The position numbers and the translations under genes were made by a program. From Coraliomargaritaceae bacterium (lineage in GTDB: Bacteria > Verrucomicrobiota > Verrucomicrobiia > Opitutales > Coraliomargaritaceae), in assembly GCA_965656495.1 (NCBI GenBank), contig CBFHKU010000005.1, forward strand, positions 70,853-134,852: a DNA stretch of 64,000 bases, in the 5' to 3' direction. Of this stretch, positions 36,901 through 47,054 are shown piece by piece. The notes beneath the pieces are model-generated. The model worked only from the letters and a program-made list of their open reading frames with translations. It was not told where the DNA came from and made no database searches. Every line of letters begins with the position of its first letter. Position 1 is the stretch's first letter.

Positions 36901-37026
36901 TCGCTTCTACGCTTCCAAGGTTCAACTAACAACTTTCAAGCCCACAATCACTCCGTGCCCTTGGTGCCTCGGTGGTGAATGAACTGCAGGAACCACGAAT
37001 GAGGGAGAGTAAGATTAAGATTAAGA
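36901..37026. repeat. 80-bp dispersed repeat copy 2 plus (TAAGAT)n motif
   Basis: 36901-36980 matches 20587-20666; 37005-37026 is the reverse complement of 20473-20494 (21/22). Confidence 0.88.
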
Positions 37027-37032
37027 GTGAGG

Positions 37033-37611
37033 TTAATCTTTTGTGACGAGGGAGCGGACGCGGAAGAAGCGTTTGGCGCGACCTTTGCCGTAGGCGCCGG
37101 AGTCGGCGGGGGTCCAAGTGATGAGGTCTTCGCTGGATTCGAGGATGATTTCGACGGGGCCGGAGGAATCGGCGGGGATCACGACGGTATTTTTCGGGAT
37201 GACCTCGCTTTGACTTATCTCGGTGATTTTGAGAACGGTGAAGGCTTTGGATTCGCTGCCGGTATTTGCCCAGAGATGAATATCGAGCGGACCGGCAAAG
37301 GTGGGAAGGGCGGCAAGGGGAATATCATCGGCTTCGAGGGTAATAGAGAAGGGGTATGCTTCGGTGAGACCGTCCATTTGGATGTAGGCGCTTTTATGGG
37401 GCGGGGTGCCCTTGCCATCCTTCATTTCGAGTACGATCATTTCAGCGAGATAGCCTTCGGGGATGTGGATCTCGGAGAGTCCTTGGCTTTCATAGCCCGA
37501 AGCGAGGGTGAGGTAGGGCGGCAAGGTCTCGTCATCTTCCGTGCCAGTGGCAATTCCAAGCATGCCAAAGAGCATGCCCAAGAGGAGTATCGCGCTGCCT
37601 GTCCTTTTCAT
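37033..37611 (-). CDS. Secreted hypothetical protein
   Basis: Signal peptide; C-terminal ILESSEDLITWTP...KRFFRVR. Confidence 0.75.
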   Translation of the reverse strand: MKRTGSAILLLGMLFGMLGIATGTEDDETLPPYLTLASGYESQGLSEIHIPEGYLAEMIVLEMKDGKGTPPHKSAYIQMDGLTEAYPFSITLEADDIPLAALPTFAGPLDIHLWANTGSESKAFTVLKITEISQSEVIPKNTVVIPADSSGPVEIILESSEDLITWTPADSGAYGKGRAKRFFRVRSLVTKD

Positions 37612-37801
37612 TATACGGTTTTGTTACTTAGGAATTAAGTAACTTATGCGTATAAGGTAAAAAACAGATAAAAAAATACAAGAACTTAAAATGTAAAATT
37701 ACGTAACAAGCGTAATTTCTATAAACGGAAGCGCTCAAGCCGCGCTGAGGCTGCTTAGCTCGGAACTTATCGGCGGCAAAGAACTGCAGGTTGCCGAAAT
37801 G

Positions 37802-39649
37802 CTACTCGACGGTGACGGACTTGGCGAGGTTGCGGGGTTTATCGACGTCACAACCGCGCTGGAGGGCAATGTGGTAGCTGAGGAGTTGGACGGGGATGCT
37901 CATGAGGATGGGCTGGATGATTTCATGGCATTCGGGAACGCGGATGATTTCGTCCATGAGGTCCTCGGGGAGTTCGCAGTCCTGGGAGGCGACGCAGATG
38001 ACTTTTCCTTTGCGGGCTTTGACTTCCTGGATGTTGGCGAGGCTCTTTTTGAAGATTTCGCCGGAGGTGGTGAGGAAGACGCTGGGGCAGTCCTCGCTGA
38101 TGAGGGCGATGGGGCCGTGTTTCATTTCGGCGGCGGGATAGCCTTCGGCGTGGATGTAGGAAATTTCCTTGAGTTTGAGGGCGCCTTCGAGGGCGATGGG
38201 GAACATGAGCTGGCGACCGAGGAAGAGGCAATCTTCGTAATGGGCGTATTTTTTGGCAATCGCCTCGATGTGCTCGTTTTGTTTGAGGACTTCGCGCACC
38301 TGATCGGGGAGGGCTTTGAGGGCTTTGACGATTTTGGTGCCGTCGGTGAAGCTGAGGTCGCGGAGGCGGCCGAGGTAGAGGGCGACCATCGCGCAGAGCA
38401 TGATCTGTGAAGTGAAGGCCTTGGTGGAGGCGACTCCGATCTCGGGTCCGGCGTGTTGGTAGATGCCGCCGTCGGTTTCGCGTGCGATGGTGGAGCCGAC
38501 GCTGTTGTTGATGGCGAGGGTGCGGTAACCTTTGCGCTTGGCTTCGCGCAGGGCGGCGAGGGTGTCGATTGTTTCGCCGGATTGGCTGATGGCGAAGACG
38601 AGGGTATTTTTATCGAGGGGGGCGTTGCGGTAACGGAATTCGGAGGCGTATTCGACTTCGACGGGGATGCGGGCGAAGCGTTCGATGAGGTATTCGGCGA
38701 CGAGGCAGGCGTGCCAGGCAGTGCCGCAGGCGAGGAAGAGGATGCGATCGACGCCGAGGAGTTCCTGGGGGTTGAGGTTCAGGCCGCCGAATAGGGCGGT
38801 GCTGCCGTCGTCGGAGAAGCGGCCACGCATACCGTTTTCAAGGGCGGCGGGCTGCTCAAAGATTTCTTTTTCCATGAAGCTGGAAAAGTCGCCGAGTTCG
38901 GCGGCGGTGGTGTCCCAGTCGACTTGTTGAATGACGGCTTCGACGTTGGCACTGGTGGCGGTGGTGATGCTGAAGTCGTCGGGGCGGAGGTGAACCACTT
39001 CGTTGTCGTTGAGGTAAACAACGTTGGTGGTGCAGTGGGTGAGGGCGCTGACGTCGGAGGCGAGGAGGTTTTCGCCTTTGCCGAGTCCCACGATTAGGGG
39101 GGAGCCACGGCGCGCGCCGATGAGTTCGCCGGGGCAATCCTTGCAGATGACTGCGATACCAAAGGTGCCTTCTACGTGGCTGAGGCTTTTACGGACGGAT
39201 TCGAGGAAGCGGTTTTTGCCTTTGGTCTCGGGTTCCTTGGCGTAGTGATAGGCGATGAGGTTGGCGAGGGCTTCGGTATCGGTCTCGGATTGGAAGGTGT
39301 AGCCCTTCTCGAGAAGGAATTTTTTCATACCGAGGTAATTTTCGATGACCCCGTTGTGGACGATGGCAATGGTGTCGTCGCTGCTGGTATGGGGGTGGGC
39401 GTTTGCCTGAGTAACATCGCCGTGGGTGGCCCAGCGGGTATGGCTGATGCCGAGTTCCCCGCCGAGGTCTTCGCCGACGGCGGTCTCGAGTTCAACGACG
39501 CGCCCGGTGCGCCGGATGGAGTGGAGGGAACCCTCGCGCAGGGTCGCCAAGCCAGAGGAGTCATAGCCCCGGTATTCAAGACGCTTCAATCCATCGAGCA
39601 TCACGCTTGCGGCGCGATCTTTACCAATATAGCCAACTATTCCGCACAT
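37802..39649 (-). CDS. glmS: Glutamine--fructose-6-phosphate transaminase
   Basis: MCGIVG, LEYRGYDS, HTRWATHG, SQSGET, PRNLAKSVTVE. Confidence 0.98.
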   Translation of the reverse strand: MCGIVGYIGKDRAASVMLDGLKRLEYRGYDSSGLATLREGSLHSIRRTGRVVELETAVGEDLGGELGISHTRWATHGDVTQANAHPHTSSDDTIAIVHNGVIENYLGMKKFLLEKGYTFQSETDTEALANLIAYHYAKEPETKGKNRFLESVRKSLSHVEGTFGIAVICKDCPGELIGARRGSPLIVGLGKGENLLASDVSALTHCTTNVVYLNDNEVVHLRPDDFSITTATSANVEAVIQQVDWDTTAAELGDFSSFMEKEIFEQPAALENGMRGRFSDDGSTALFGGLNLNPQELLGVDRILFLACGTAWHACLVAEYLIERFARIPVEVEYASEFRYRNAPLDKNTLVFAISQSGETIDTLAALREAKRKGYRTLAINNSVGSTIARETDGGIYQHAGPEIGVASTKAFTSQIMLCAMVALYLGRLRDLSFTDGTKIVKALKALPDQVREVLKQNEHIEAIAKKYAHYEDCLFLGRQLMFPIALEGALKLKEISYIHAEGYPAAEMKHGPIALISEDCPSVFLTTSGEIFKKSLANIQEVKARKGKVICVASQDCELPEDLMDEIIRVPECHEIIQPILMSIPVQLLSYHIALQRGCDVDKPRNLAKSVTVE

Positions 39650-39720
39650 AAGGTTTTACAGAGTACACAGAACGCTTATAAATCAAGGCTATTCAACGAT
39701 CCTAAAACTTAAGTAAATCT

Positions 39721-41016
39721 ATGAAAAAGCGTCGAATTATCTGCATTATTATGGGTGGAGGACGTGGAACCCGTTTGGTTCCACTGACTAAGGAACGTTG
39801 TAAACCGGCGGTGCCGCTGGCGGGCAAGTTCCGCTTGGTGGATATTCCGATCAGCAATTGCCTGAATTCGGGCATGAACCAGATTTATGTGCTAACTCAA
39901 TTCAACACCGCCTCGCTGCACCGTCATATTCAGGAGTCCTACAAATTTGATCCTTTTTCCGGGGGCTGTGTTGATATCCTCTCAGCGGAACAGACTCAGG
40001 AGGGGGAGAGTTGGTATCAGGGAACTGCGGACGCGGTGCGCCAGAATATCCACCATTTTGGTGCGACGAATGATGGTGACCTCTACGTCATTTTATCAGG
40101 CGACCAATTATATCGGATGGATTTGCAGGCGGTTGTGGCAGAGCACGATGCCTCGGGTGCCGACGTGACGATTACGGCGAAACCGGTCAATTTATCGGAG
40201 GCCTCTTCTTTGGGATTGATGCGTATTAATGAGCAATTGGAGATCACGGAATTTGTTGAGAAGCCGGATGATCCCGCAGTGATTGAGGGTTTGAAAGTGG
40301 GGGAGAACGTGCGCGAACGGATGATGGATCCGGGCGATCAAGACTACTGCCTCGCCTCGATGGGGATCTATGTTTTTAATGCGAATACTTTAAAGGAGGC
40401 GCTGAAAACCGATACCACGGATTTCGGTAAGGAGATCATTCCCGGTTTGTTGGGCAATGTTAAGCTGCAGAGCTATGTTTTTGATGATTACTGGGAGGAC
40501 ATCGGGACGGTGAAGGCATTTTTTGAGGCGAATTTGCGACTGACGGATGCAGTGCCGCCCTTTAATTTTTTCGATGAGGAGGCGCGGATTTACACCCGGG
40601 CGCGTTATCTGCCGGCGAGCAAGATCCACGGTTCCTATATTGAGCGTGCTGTGATCGGGGATGGTTCCATTGTATCGAATGCACGATTGAATCGCTGCAC
40701 GCTGGGGGTGCGCTCGGTGGTGCGGGATGCCTCGACGCTGGAACATGTGGTGATGATGGGAGCGGATTCCTATGAATCCCTGGATGACATGGTCGAGAAT
40801 CGCGATTTGGGGCGTCCGGATATCGGGATTGGGCAGAATTGCCACATCAAGAACGCGATCATCGACAAGAATGTGCGTATCGGGAACGACGTCATTCTGG
40901 ATCCGGAAGGCTTGCCGGACAATTTTGGCGATGGGGTCGACATTGCGATCCGGGACGGCGTGCTGGTGGTCTGCAAGGATGTGGTGGTGCCCGACGGATT
41001 CGTCATGAAAGCATAG
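39721..41016 (+). CDS. glgC: Glucose-1-phosphate adenylyltransferase
   Basis: GGGRGTRL, KPAVP, WYQGTADAVRQN, SGDQLYRMD, ASMGIYVF, YWEDIGT. Confidence 0.96.
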   Translation: MKKRRIICIIMGGGRGTRLVPLTKERCKPAVPLAGKFRLVDIPISNCLNSGMNQIYVLTQFNTASLHRHIQESYKFDPFSGGCVDILSAEQTQEGESWYQGTADAVRQNIHHFGATNDGDLYVILSGDQLYRMDLQAVVAEHDASGADVTITAKPVNLSEASSLGLMRINEQLEITEFVEKPDDPAVIEGLKVGENVRERMMDPGDQDYCLASMGIYVFNANTLKEALKTDTTDFGKEIIPGLLGNVKLQSYVFDDYWEDIGTVKAFFEANLRLTDAVPPFNFFDEEARIYTRARYLPASKIHGSYIERAVIGDGSIVSNARLNRCTLGVRSVVRDASTLEHVVMMGADSYESLDDMVENRDLGRPDIGIGQNCHIKNAIIDKNVRIGNDVILDPEGLPDNFGDGVDIAIRDGVLVVCKDVVVPDGFVMKA

Positions 41017-41112
41017 ATTGCGGGACAACATATTTGCTGCCGCTAAAATTTTTACTTTGTATTTATTTAACTTAAATATATAGTTATTTGTATAGAAAGT
41101 AAAAATTAGCTT

Positions 41113-41958
41113 ATGGAAAAAATCCTGATTTGCACGGATGGTTCAGGTTATAGCATGGAGGCCTGTCACACGGGTGCTTGGTTGGCAAAAGAAACGGATG
41201 CGGTGCTGGAATTGCTCTATGTGAGCGATTTGCGGCAATTTGAAATACCGGTAATAGCGGACTTGAGCGGCAGCATCGGGGTGCAGCCCTATGATGGGAT
41301 GCTGGCGCAGATGCATGAACTGGAACGTTTGAAGTCGGATTTCATTTGGAAAGAGAGCCTTAAAATATTTGAAGCGGCGGGGCTGGCGCAGCGGGTCAGT
41401 TATCATCACGAAGTGGGGCTGCTGGTCGATTTGATTGAGCGCTATGAAGCCGAGGCGGATTTGGTTTTGTTGGGGAAGCGAGGGGAGAGTGCGCAATTTG
41501 CGAAGGAGCACATGGGCTCGATGTTGGAGCGGGTGGTGCGTGCCGCGCAGCGGCCTTGTTTGGTGACCAGTCGTAAATTCAAACCGATCGAGCGGGTCGC
41601 AGTGGCATTCGATGGCGGCGCGAGCACCCTCAAGGCGCTTGATTTTATCGCCTCGGTGGAACCCTTTCGCTCACTTGAAATACATCTCTTATCGGTGGCA
41701 GAGGGTTATCCCGAGACGCCGGCGGTACAGGCTTTGTCGAAGGCGAAGGAAATACTGGAGGGCAAAGGCCTGTCGCCGAAGTCGCAGTTATTGACGGGGG
41801 AGGTCGAATTGGCGATTGCGGATTATGTGCGGGATGCCGAGATGGATCTGCTGGTGCTGGGAGCCTATGGGCACAGTAAGATTCGCGAATTTCTCATTGG
41901 CAGCACCACCACAGAATTGCTGCGCTCCTGTCACGTTCCGGTGCTTTGCTTCCGTTGA
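41113..41958 (+). CDS. Tandem universal stress protein
   Basis: KILICTDGS, AFDGG, LGAYGHSKIREFLIGSTT. Confidence 0.92.
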   Translation: MEKILICTDGSGYSMEACHTGAWLAKETDAVLELLYVSDLRQFEIPVIADLSGSIGVQPYDGMLAQMHELERLKSDFIWKESLKIFEAAGLAQRVSYHHEVGLLVDLIERYEAEADLVLLGKRGESAQFAKEHMGSMLERVVRAAQRPCLVTSRKFKPIERVAVAFDGGASTLKALDFIASVEPFRSLEIHLLSVAEGYPETPAVQALSKAKEILEGKGLSPKSQLLTGEVELAIADYVRDAEMDLLVLGAYGHSKIREFLIGSTTTELLRSCHVPVLCFR

Positions 41959-42786
41959 TTATTTCCGGCGGGCGAGACGAATGACGAGGGCACCCGCCAG
42001 TATCAGGAAGATGGAATAGAACTGCCCGCGGCTCAAGCCGAAGAGCAGGCTGGCGTCGGGTTCACGAAAGCACTCGCCGATAATACGGAGGATCCCGTAG
42101 CCCAGAAGGAATTCGCCGCTCAATTGACCCACGGGAGGGCGTTGCTTCCAGAAGCGCCATTGGAGGTAGGCAAAGAGGAGGGCGCCTTCGAGGAGGGCTT
42201 GGTAAAGTTGGGAGGGATGGCGTGGTTCCGGCGCAAAGACGCCGCTCGCGGGGTCATAGACCGGAGGGCTGGCAGGAAAAATAACAGCCCAACTGACGTT
42301 TGTGACGCGTCCCCAAAGTTCACCGTTGATGAAATTCGCGATGCGCCCAAAGCAGAGTCCGAGGGGGGTAATGCTGGCAATTGCGTCGCTCAATTCAAAG
42401 AGGCGGTAACGTTTGCGGGCAAACCACACAAGAGCAAGGGAGACTCCCAGTATTCCGCCGTGGCTCGCCATCCCGCCTTGATCAACCCGGAAGAAAAGGA
42501 GTGGATTTGCGGCAAAGGCCGCGAAGTCGTAGAGGATGAGGTAGCCTAGACGACCGCCTACCAGGACACCTAAAATGACAGCGGTCATGAGGGTGCTGCG
42601 GTTATCGGCGTCGATAAGGAAACGTCCGCGGGCGTTGTAAAAGCGCAAGAGCCACCATGCCCCGAGAAAGCCGAGCAGGTAGGAGAGCCCGTAGTAACGA
42701 ATGCCCTCCAGTCCGAGGGGATTCTCGGGGAAGCGCAGAAGGAAGGGGCTCAAGTCATGAATCCAATACTGGGGATCACTTGCCAT
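41959..42786 (-). CDS. lgt: Prolipoprotein diacylglyceryl transferase
   Basis: IRYYGL, GGRLGY, GGMASHGG, GRIANFINGELWGR, RHPSQLY. Confidence 0.96.
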   Translation of the reverse strand: MASDPQYWIHDLSPFLLRFPENPLGLEGIRYYGLSYLLGFLGAWWLLRFYNARGRFLIDADNRSTLMTAVILGVLVGGRLGYLILYDFAAFAANPLLFFRVDQGGMASHGGILGVSLALVWFARKRYRLFELSDAIASITPLGLCFGRIANFINGELWGRVTNVSWAVIFPASPPVYDPASGVFAPEPRHPSQLYQALLEGALLFAYLQWRFWKQRPPVGQLSGEFLLGYGILRIIGECFREPDASLLFGLSRGQFYSIFLILAGALVIRLARRK

Positions 42787-42883
42787 TGTTGAAAGGTATG
42801 TGGCGCGTTGACTTTAGGGCAACACACAAGTACGGGCTATTTTCTGGCTTTGACATTCCCCGCGCATCACAAATTCTTATACC

Positions 42884-43486
42884 ATGCAGTGGAGATTATT
42901 CATGATTATGTTTTGGGTGGCGGGATTCGGCACCTTCGCCGGGCATATGACCTTGGAAGCCGCTGACTCGGTACGGGTGGCGGTGGCGGATTTGACGCAG
43001 GACGTGAACAGTATGAAGCAGGAGGTGCGCGCTCTGCGCCTCGAAGTAGAGCAATTGCGCCGCGAGAATGAAAGCCTCCGCTCCGCGCTGAATTCGACTT
43101 CCGCGCAGCAGCAGTTGGCGCAATTGGCGGCGTCGCTTCAAAACCTGCGGCAGGAATTCAAACAGGCGGACAGTGCGCAGGAGCGTGCCATCATGGCAAA
43201 GGTTAAGCGGCAGATGGAATCGCTGGCGAGCCAGATGCAGACCGCGCTGGAGAGTGTTTCCAAAGCGGTGAGCAGCCAGCCTAAAATTGCGCCGCCGGTC
43301 CGTTTTACGGAGGACTATCCACAGACCGGTGTGACCTACTCGGTGCGTTCCGGCGATACCTTGACGAAAATCGCGCGCGAACACGGCTCCACTGTTAAAG
43401 ACATTCAAAACGCCAACAAAATTGCCAACCCCGCACGGGATCTGCAGGTCGGCCAATCAATTTTCATCCCGATAGCCCAACCCTAA
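42884..43486 (+). CDS. Secreted coiled-coil protein with C-terminal LysM domain
   Basis: Signal peptide, long heptad region, YSVRSGDTLTKIA...LQVGQSIFIP. Confidence 0.88.
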   Translation: MQWRLFMIMFWVAGFGTFAGHMTLEAADSVRVAVADLTQDVNSMKQEVRALRLEVEQLRRENESLRSALNSTSAQQQLAQLAASLQNLRQEFKQADSAQERAIMAKVKRQMESLASQMQTALESVSKAVSSQPKIAPPVRFTEDYPQTGVTYSVRSGDTLTKIAREHGSTVKDIQNANKIANPARDLQVGQSIFIPIAQP

Positions 43487-44466
43487 TGTCCAGTAACAAA
43501 AGCAGACTCGGCCGCGGACTCGGCGGCCTCATCGCCGGTGCGGGAAGCGCCGCCCCTAAACCCAAAACCGCGACGCCCGCCACCAGCCCCAAAAAGGATA
43601 CTGTTGCAAAAAAGACGACCGCCGCTGCCGGCAAGCCCGCCGGTCAAAAGAATGCCGCTCCGAATGATGGGGATGGTTTCCGGGAGATTGAATTGAGCCG
43701 GATCGTTTCGAATCCGCACCAGCCGCGCCGTGAGATCAGTCAACCGCAGGTCGAGGATCTCGCTCAAAGTATTCGCTCGGAGGGTTTGATTCAACCGGTG
43801 GTGGTGCGTCCAAAGGGGAGCGGGTTTGAATTGATCGCGGGGGAGCGCCGTTTGCAGGCTTTTAAATTCCTGAAGCGCTCAAAAATTCCGGCGCGGGTGA
43901 TGGAAGTGAGCGATGCCTCCTCGGCGGCGCTTGCCTTGATTGAGAATATCCAGCGCGAGAATCTGAATCCGATAGATGAGGCTGCGGCCTATGCGAGCTT
44001 GATTCGCGACTTTGACCTCACTCAGGATGCGACCGCCAAGCGGGTAGGGAAGAGTCGGGCTGCGATTGCGAACGCCCTGCGCTTGCTGAGCTTGAGCAAT
44101 GAAATCCAAGGTTTTCTGAGCCGGCGTTTACTTTCGACGGGCCACGCCAAGGTCTTGCTGGGGGTGGAGGATGCCGCCCAGCGGAGTTTGTTGGCGCGTC
44201 GGGTCATTGAGACGGGGATGAGTGTTCGCGAGGCGGAGCAGGAGGTGCGACGTTTGAAGAACAAGAAGGGCGGGACGCAAAAACCCGGCACAAAAACCAG
44301 CACCGCCGAGGCGACTGCGATTCGCGACCTCGAGAAACGCCTGACCGAACATTTGAGCGCAAGTGTGAAGGTGCAACATGGCGCCAAGCGCGGTAAGCTC
44401 ACGATTGAATATGTGGGCAATGACGATCTTGAACGCATCCTGGAACAACTGGGTCTGAATACCTGA
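43486..44466 (+). CDS. parB: Chromosome partitioning protein ParB/Spo0J
   Basis: LGRGLGGLI, NPHQPR, IAGERR, ENIQRENL, GKSRAAIANALRLL. Confidence 0.95.
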   Translation: MSSNKSRLGRGLGGLIAGAGSAAPKPKTATPATSPKKDTVAKKTTAAAGKPAGQKNAAPNDGDGFREIELSRIVSNPHQPRREISQPQVEDLAQSIRSEGLIQPVVVRPKGSGFELIAGERRLQAFKFLKRSKIPARVMEVSDASSAALALIENIQRENLNPIDEAAAYASLIRDFDLTQDATAKRVGKSRAAIANALRLLSLSNEIQGFLSRRLLSTGHAKVLLGVEDAAQRSLLARRVIETGMSVREAEQEVRRLKNKKGGTQKPGTKTSTAEATAIRDLEKRLTEHLSASVKVQHGAKRGKLTIEYVGNDDLERILEQLGLNT

Positions 44467-44477
44467 GGATTTTTTTG

Positions 44478-44942
44478 ATGCAGTACTGGTTGATGAAATC
44501 CGAGCCGGACGTTTTTTCGCTGGACGATTTAAAAAACCGACCCGGGCAACAGGAACCCTGGGACGGAGTGCGGAATTATCAGGCACGCAATTTTATGCGA
44601 GACGCCATGCAGGTGGGGGATGCGGTGCTCTTTTATCACTCCAATACCAATCCGCCGGGCATCGTGGGGCTCGCGGAAGTCGCGACGAAGCCCTATCCAG
44701 ACCCGACCGCCTTTGATAAAAAGTCCAAGTATTATGATGCGAAGAGCGACCCGGATAATCCACGCTGGATTCTGGTGGATGTGCGGTATCGCTCGACCTT
44801 TGCGCAGATGGTGAGTCTGGAGGCGATGAAGGCGATGCCGGCATTGGCGGAGATGCGGGTCTTACAACGCGGGAACCGCCTCTCGATCACTCCAGTGACA
44901 AAGGCGGAATTTGAGGCGATTTGTCGCGCGGGCGAGGGCTAG
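44478..44942 (+). CDS. EVE domain protein
   Basis: YWLMKSEP, WDGVRNYQARN, FYHS, RLSITPV. Confidence 0.95.
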   Translation: MQYWLMKSEPDVFSLDDLKNRPGQQEPWDGVRNYQARNFMRDAMQVGDAVLFYHSNTNPPGIVGLAEVATKPYPDPTAFDKKSKYYDAKSDPDNPRWILVDVRYRSTFAQMVSLEAMKAMPALAEMRVLQRGNRLSITPVTKAEFEAICRAGEG

Positions 44943-46144
44943 GAGAGACGGTCACGGAAATCGGAATAGCCGAATTCACGGATGGTTTGGAGCCCGCTTT
45001 GTTCGCTGTAGGTGCAGATGGCGGGCAGGGGCACGCCGTTGAAGGTGCTTGTTTTGACCATGGTGTAGTGCGCCATATCGAGGAAGACGAGCCGTTGCCC
45101 GACCTGCAGGGCTTCCCGGAATCCATAATCGCCCATCACGTCGCCTGCGAGGCAGGAGAGCCCGCCGAGGCGGTAGCGGTGGGGGAAATCCGCTCCTTCC
45201 CCGGCGCCCAGGATGTTGGGGCGATAGGGCATTTCCAGGACGTCGGGCATGTGGCAGGTCGCGGAGGTGTCGAGGATGGCAAGCTGCAGGTCGCCGCTTT
45301 GATGGATGTCGAGCACGGTTGAAACAAGAACGCCGCTGTGCAGGGCGACTGCTTCGCCGGGCTCAAGGTAAACCTCCAGGGCGTGCCGTGCCTTGAAATC
45401 GCGAATGACGCGAATGGCACGTTCCAAATCGTAGCCGGGCCGGGTGAGGTGGTGACCGCCGCCAAAGTTGACCCATTTCAGGCGCGGCAACAAATCGCCG
45501 AATTTTTCCTCGAAGGCGTGCACGGTTACCTCGAGGGCATCGGCGTCCTGTTCGCAAAGGGTATGGAAGTGCAGGCCATCCAGTTCGGCGATGAGGTCGC
45601 GGTTGGCAGATTTGCAGGCGGCATCGAGCACGGCGCGGGTTGTGCCGAGGCGTGAACCGGTCAAGCCGGGGTCATAGATCGGGGTTTCGACGGTGGAGCA
45701 TTCCGGATTTACGCGCAGGCCGAGGGTGGGGCGTTTGTTCGGGAGTCGCTCTAGGGCGCGGATCAGTTGTCCGGGTGAATTAAAAATGAGGCTGTGGGCA
45801 AATGCGCTGAGGGTGTCTATATCCGAGTCTTTGTAAGCGGGGGAGTAAACGTGGATTTCCCCGCCAAAGTTTTCCTTTGCGAGGAGTGCTTCATGGAGTC
45901 CGCTGGAAGTGGTGCCGCTCAGGTAGGGGCGGAGGGTGGAAAAACTGTGGTGGCAGGCAAATCCCTTTAGGGCGAGTAAAACGGTTGCCTCCGCGCGCTT
46001 GGCGAAGTCCTGGAGGAGTTGGGCATTTTCGACGAGGCGGTCGAGGTGTACCACGTAGGCAGGCGAGGGGGTCTCGTTTGCGGGAATCGCCTGCAGGGCT
46101 GCGAGTCGCGCATCGGTAAGCGGTGGTGTCGGGTCTTGAGACAT
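44939..46144 (-). CDS. nspC: Carboxynorspermidine decarboxylase
   Basis: LLALKGF, GLRVNP, GLHFHTLCEQ, NFGGGH, LEPGEA, HMPDVLEMPY, CLAGD, HYTMVK. Confidence 0.93.
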   Translation of the reverse strand: MSQDPTPPLTDARLAALQAIPANETPSPAYVVHLDRLVENAQLLQDFAKRAEATVLLALKGFACHHSFSTLRPYLSGTTSSGLHEALLAKENFGGEIHVYSPAYKDSDIDTLSAFAHSLIFNSPGQLIRALERLPNKRPTLGLRVNPECSTVETPIYDPGLTGSRLGTTRAVLDAACKSANRDLIAELDGLHFHTLCEQDADALEVTVHAFEEKFGDLLPRLKWVNFGGGHHLTRPGYDLERAIRVIRDFKARHALEVYLEPGEAVALHSGVLVSTVLDIHQSGDLQLAILDTSATCHMPDVLEMPYRPNILGAGEGADFPHRYRLGGLSCLAGDVMGDYGFREALQVGQRLVFLDMAHYTMVKTSTFNGVPLPAICTYSEQSGLQTIREFGYSDFRDRLS

Positions 46145-46319
46145 TAAGAAATTGGGTTATGAACTGGGAAAGCCTAGCAATTAATAAGGATTTAGTGCAA
46201 GTGGGCAGGAGGTTGAATTTTAAGAAACTTAGGGTTGCCTTTCACTAAGGCTATTTTAATTTTATCGGTTTCTCAAATCTCCGGCATGTTCCGGAAGTAA
46301 CATTTGCAGCATCACTTTT

Positions 46320-46988
46320 ATGAATCAACTCAAGCTTAATGTCGTATCCCGTGAGGGTTCTGGAACCAGCGCGGCCCGCCGTGTTCGCGCCGCAGGATTT
46401 ATCCCAGCCAATGTTTCCGGACAGGGTAATGCCCGTGCTATCTCCGTTGGAAAACTGGATTACCGCAAACTCAGCCGTGAACTCGGCGAGGAGGCCTCCC
46501 TTATCGAATTGACCGATGATAAGGGTGAATCGATGCTCACTTTGATCCAGACGGTACAGCAGGATCCGATCAGCGGCGTAATCAACCACATCGACTTCCT
46601 GGAAGTGCGCCGCGGTGAGTCCTTTGTCACGCGGGTTCCCGTTCACCTCAAGAACGAGGACATCTGCGACGGCGTTAAAAACGGCGGTGGTGTGATTGAC
46701 TTCAAATCACACGATGTGGAAATTCGCTGCCGTCCGTCCAAGTTGCCGGAGCACGTGGTCGCGGACATCGAGGCTCTCGGAGTCGGCGATGCCATTCACA
46801 TCAGCGACCTGCCTGAAATTGAAGGGGTGGAATACCTCGGCAATGAAGTGCAGGTTATTGTATCTATCCAGCCGCCGACAGTGGCCGCGGTCGAGACGAC
46901 TGAGGAAGTCGTTGATCCGGCTGATGTTCCGGCGGATAATATTAAATCCGAAACACCGGAAGAAGGGGAGGCAACCGAGGGGGAATAA
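46320..46988 (+). CDS. rplY: 50S ribosomal protein L25 (CTC form)
   Basis: ARRVRAAGFIPA, HIDFLEV, GVKNGGG, acidic tail. Confidence 0.93.
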   Translation: MNQLKLNVVSREGSGTSAARRVRAAGFIPANVSGQGNARAISVGKLDYRKLSRELGEEASLIELTDDKGESMLTLIQTVQQDPISGVINHIDFLEVRRGESFVTRVPVHLKNEDICDGVKNGGGVIDFKSHDVEIRCRPSKLPEHVVADIEALGVGDAIHISDLPEIEGVEYLGNEVQVIVSIQPPTVAAVETTEEVVDPADVPADNIKSETPEEGEATEGE

Positions 46989-47054
46989 ATCCCCGGCGGT
47001 CTGCATTTTCATTTTTCGGGCGGGCTACACAGCCCCACCTTTGTTCTTTCACAC

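Noticed and set aside
37740..37840. Tn7-like element at attTn7 downstream of glmS
   Set aside because: The glmS end is the canonical target and the island is nearby, but I see no TGT terminus at the expected position, no TnsB-site repeats and no tns genes.
39650..39720. glmS ribozyme
   Set aside because: Only 71 bp shared with divergent glgC; too short and no recognisable core.
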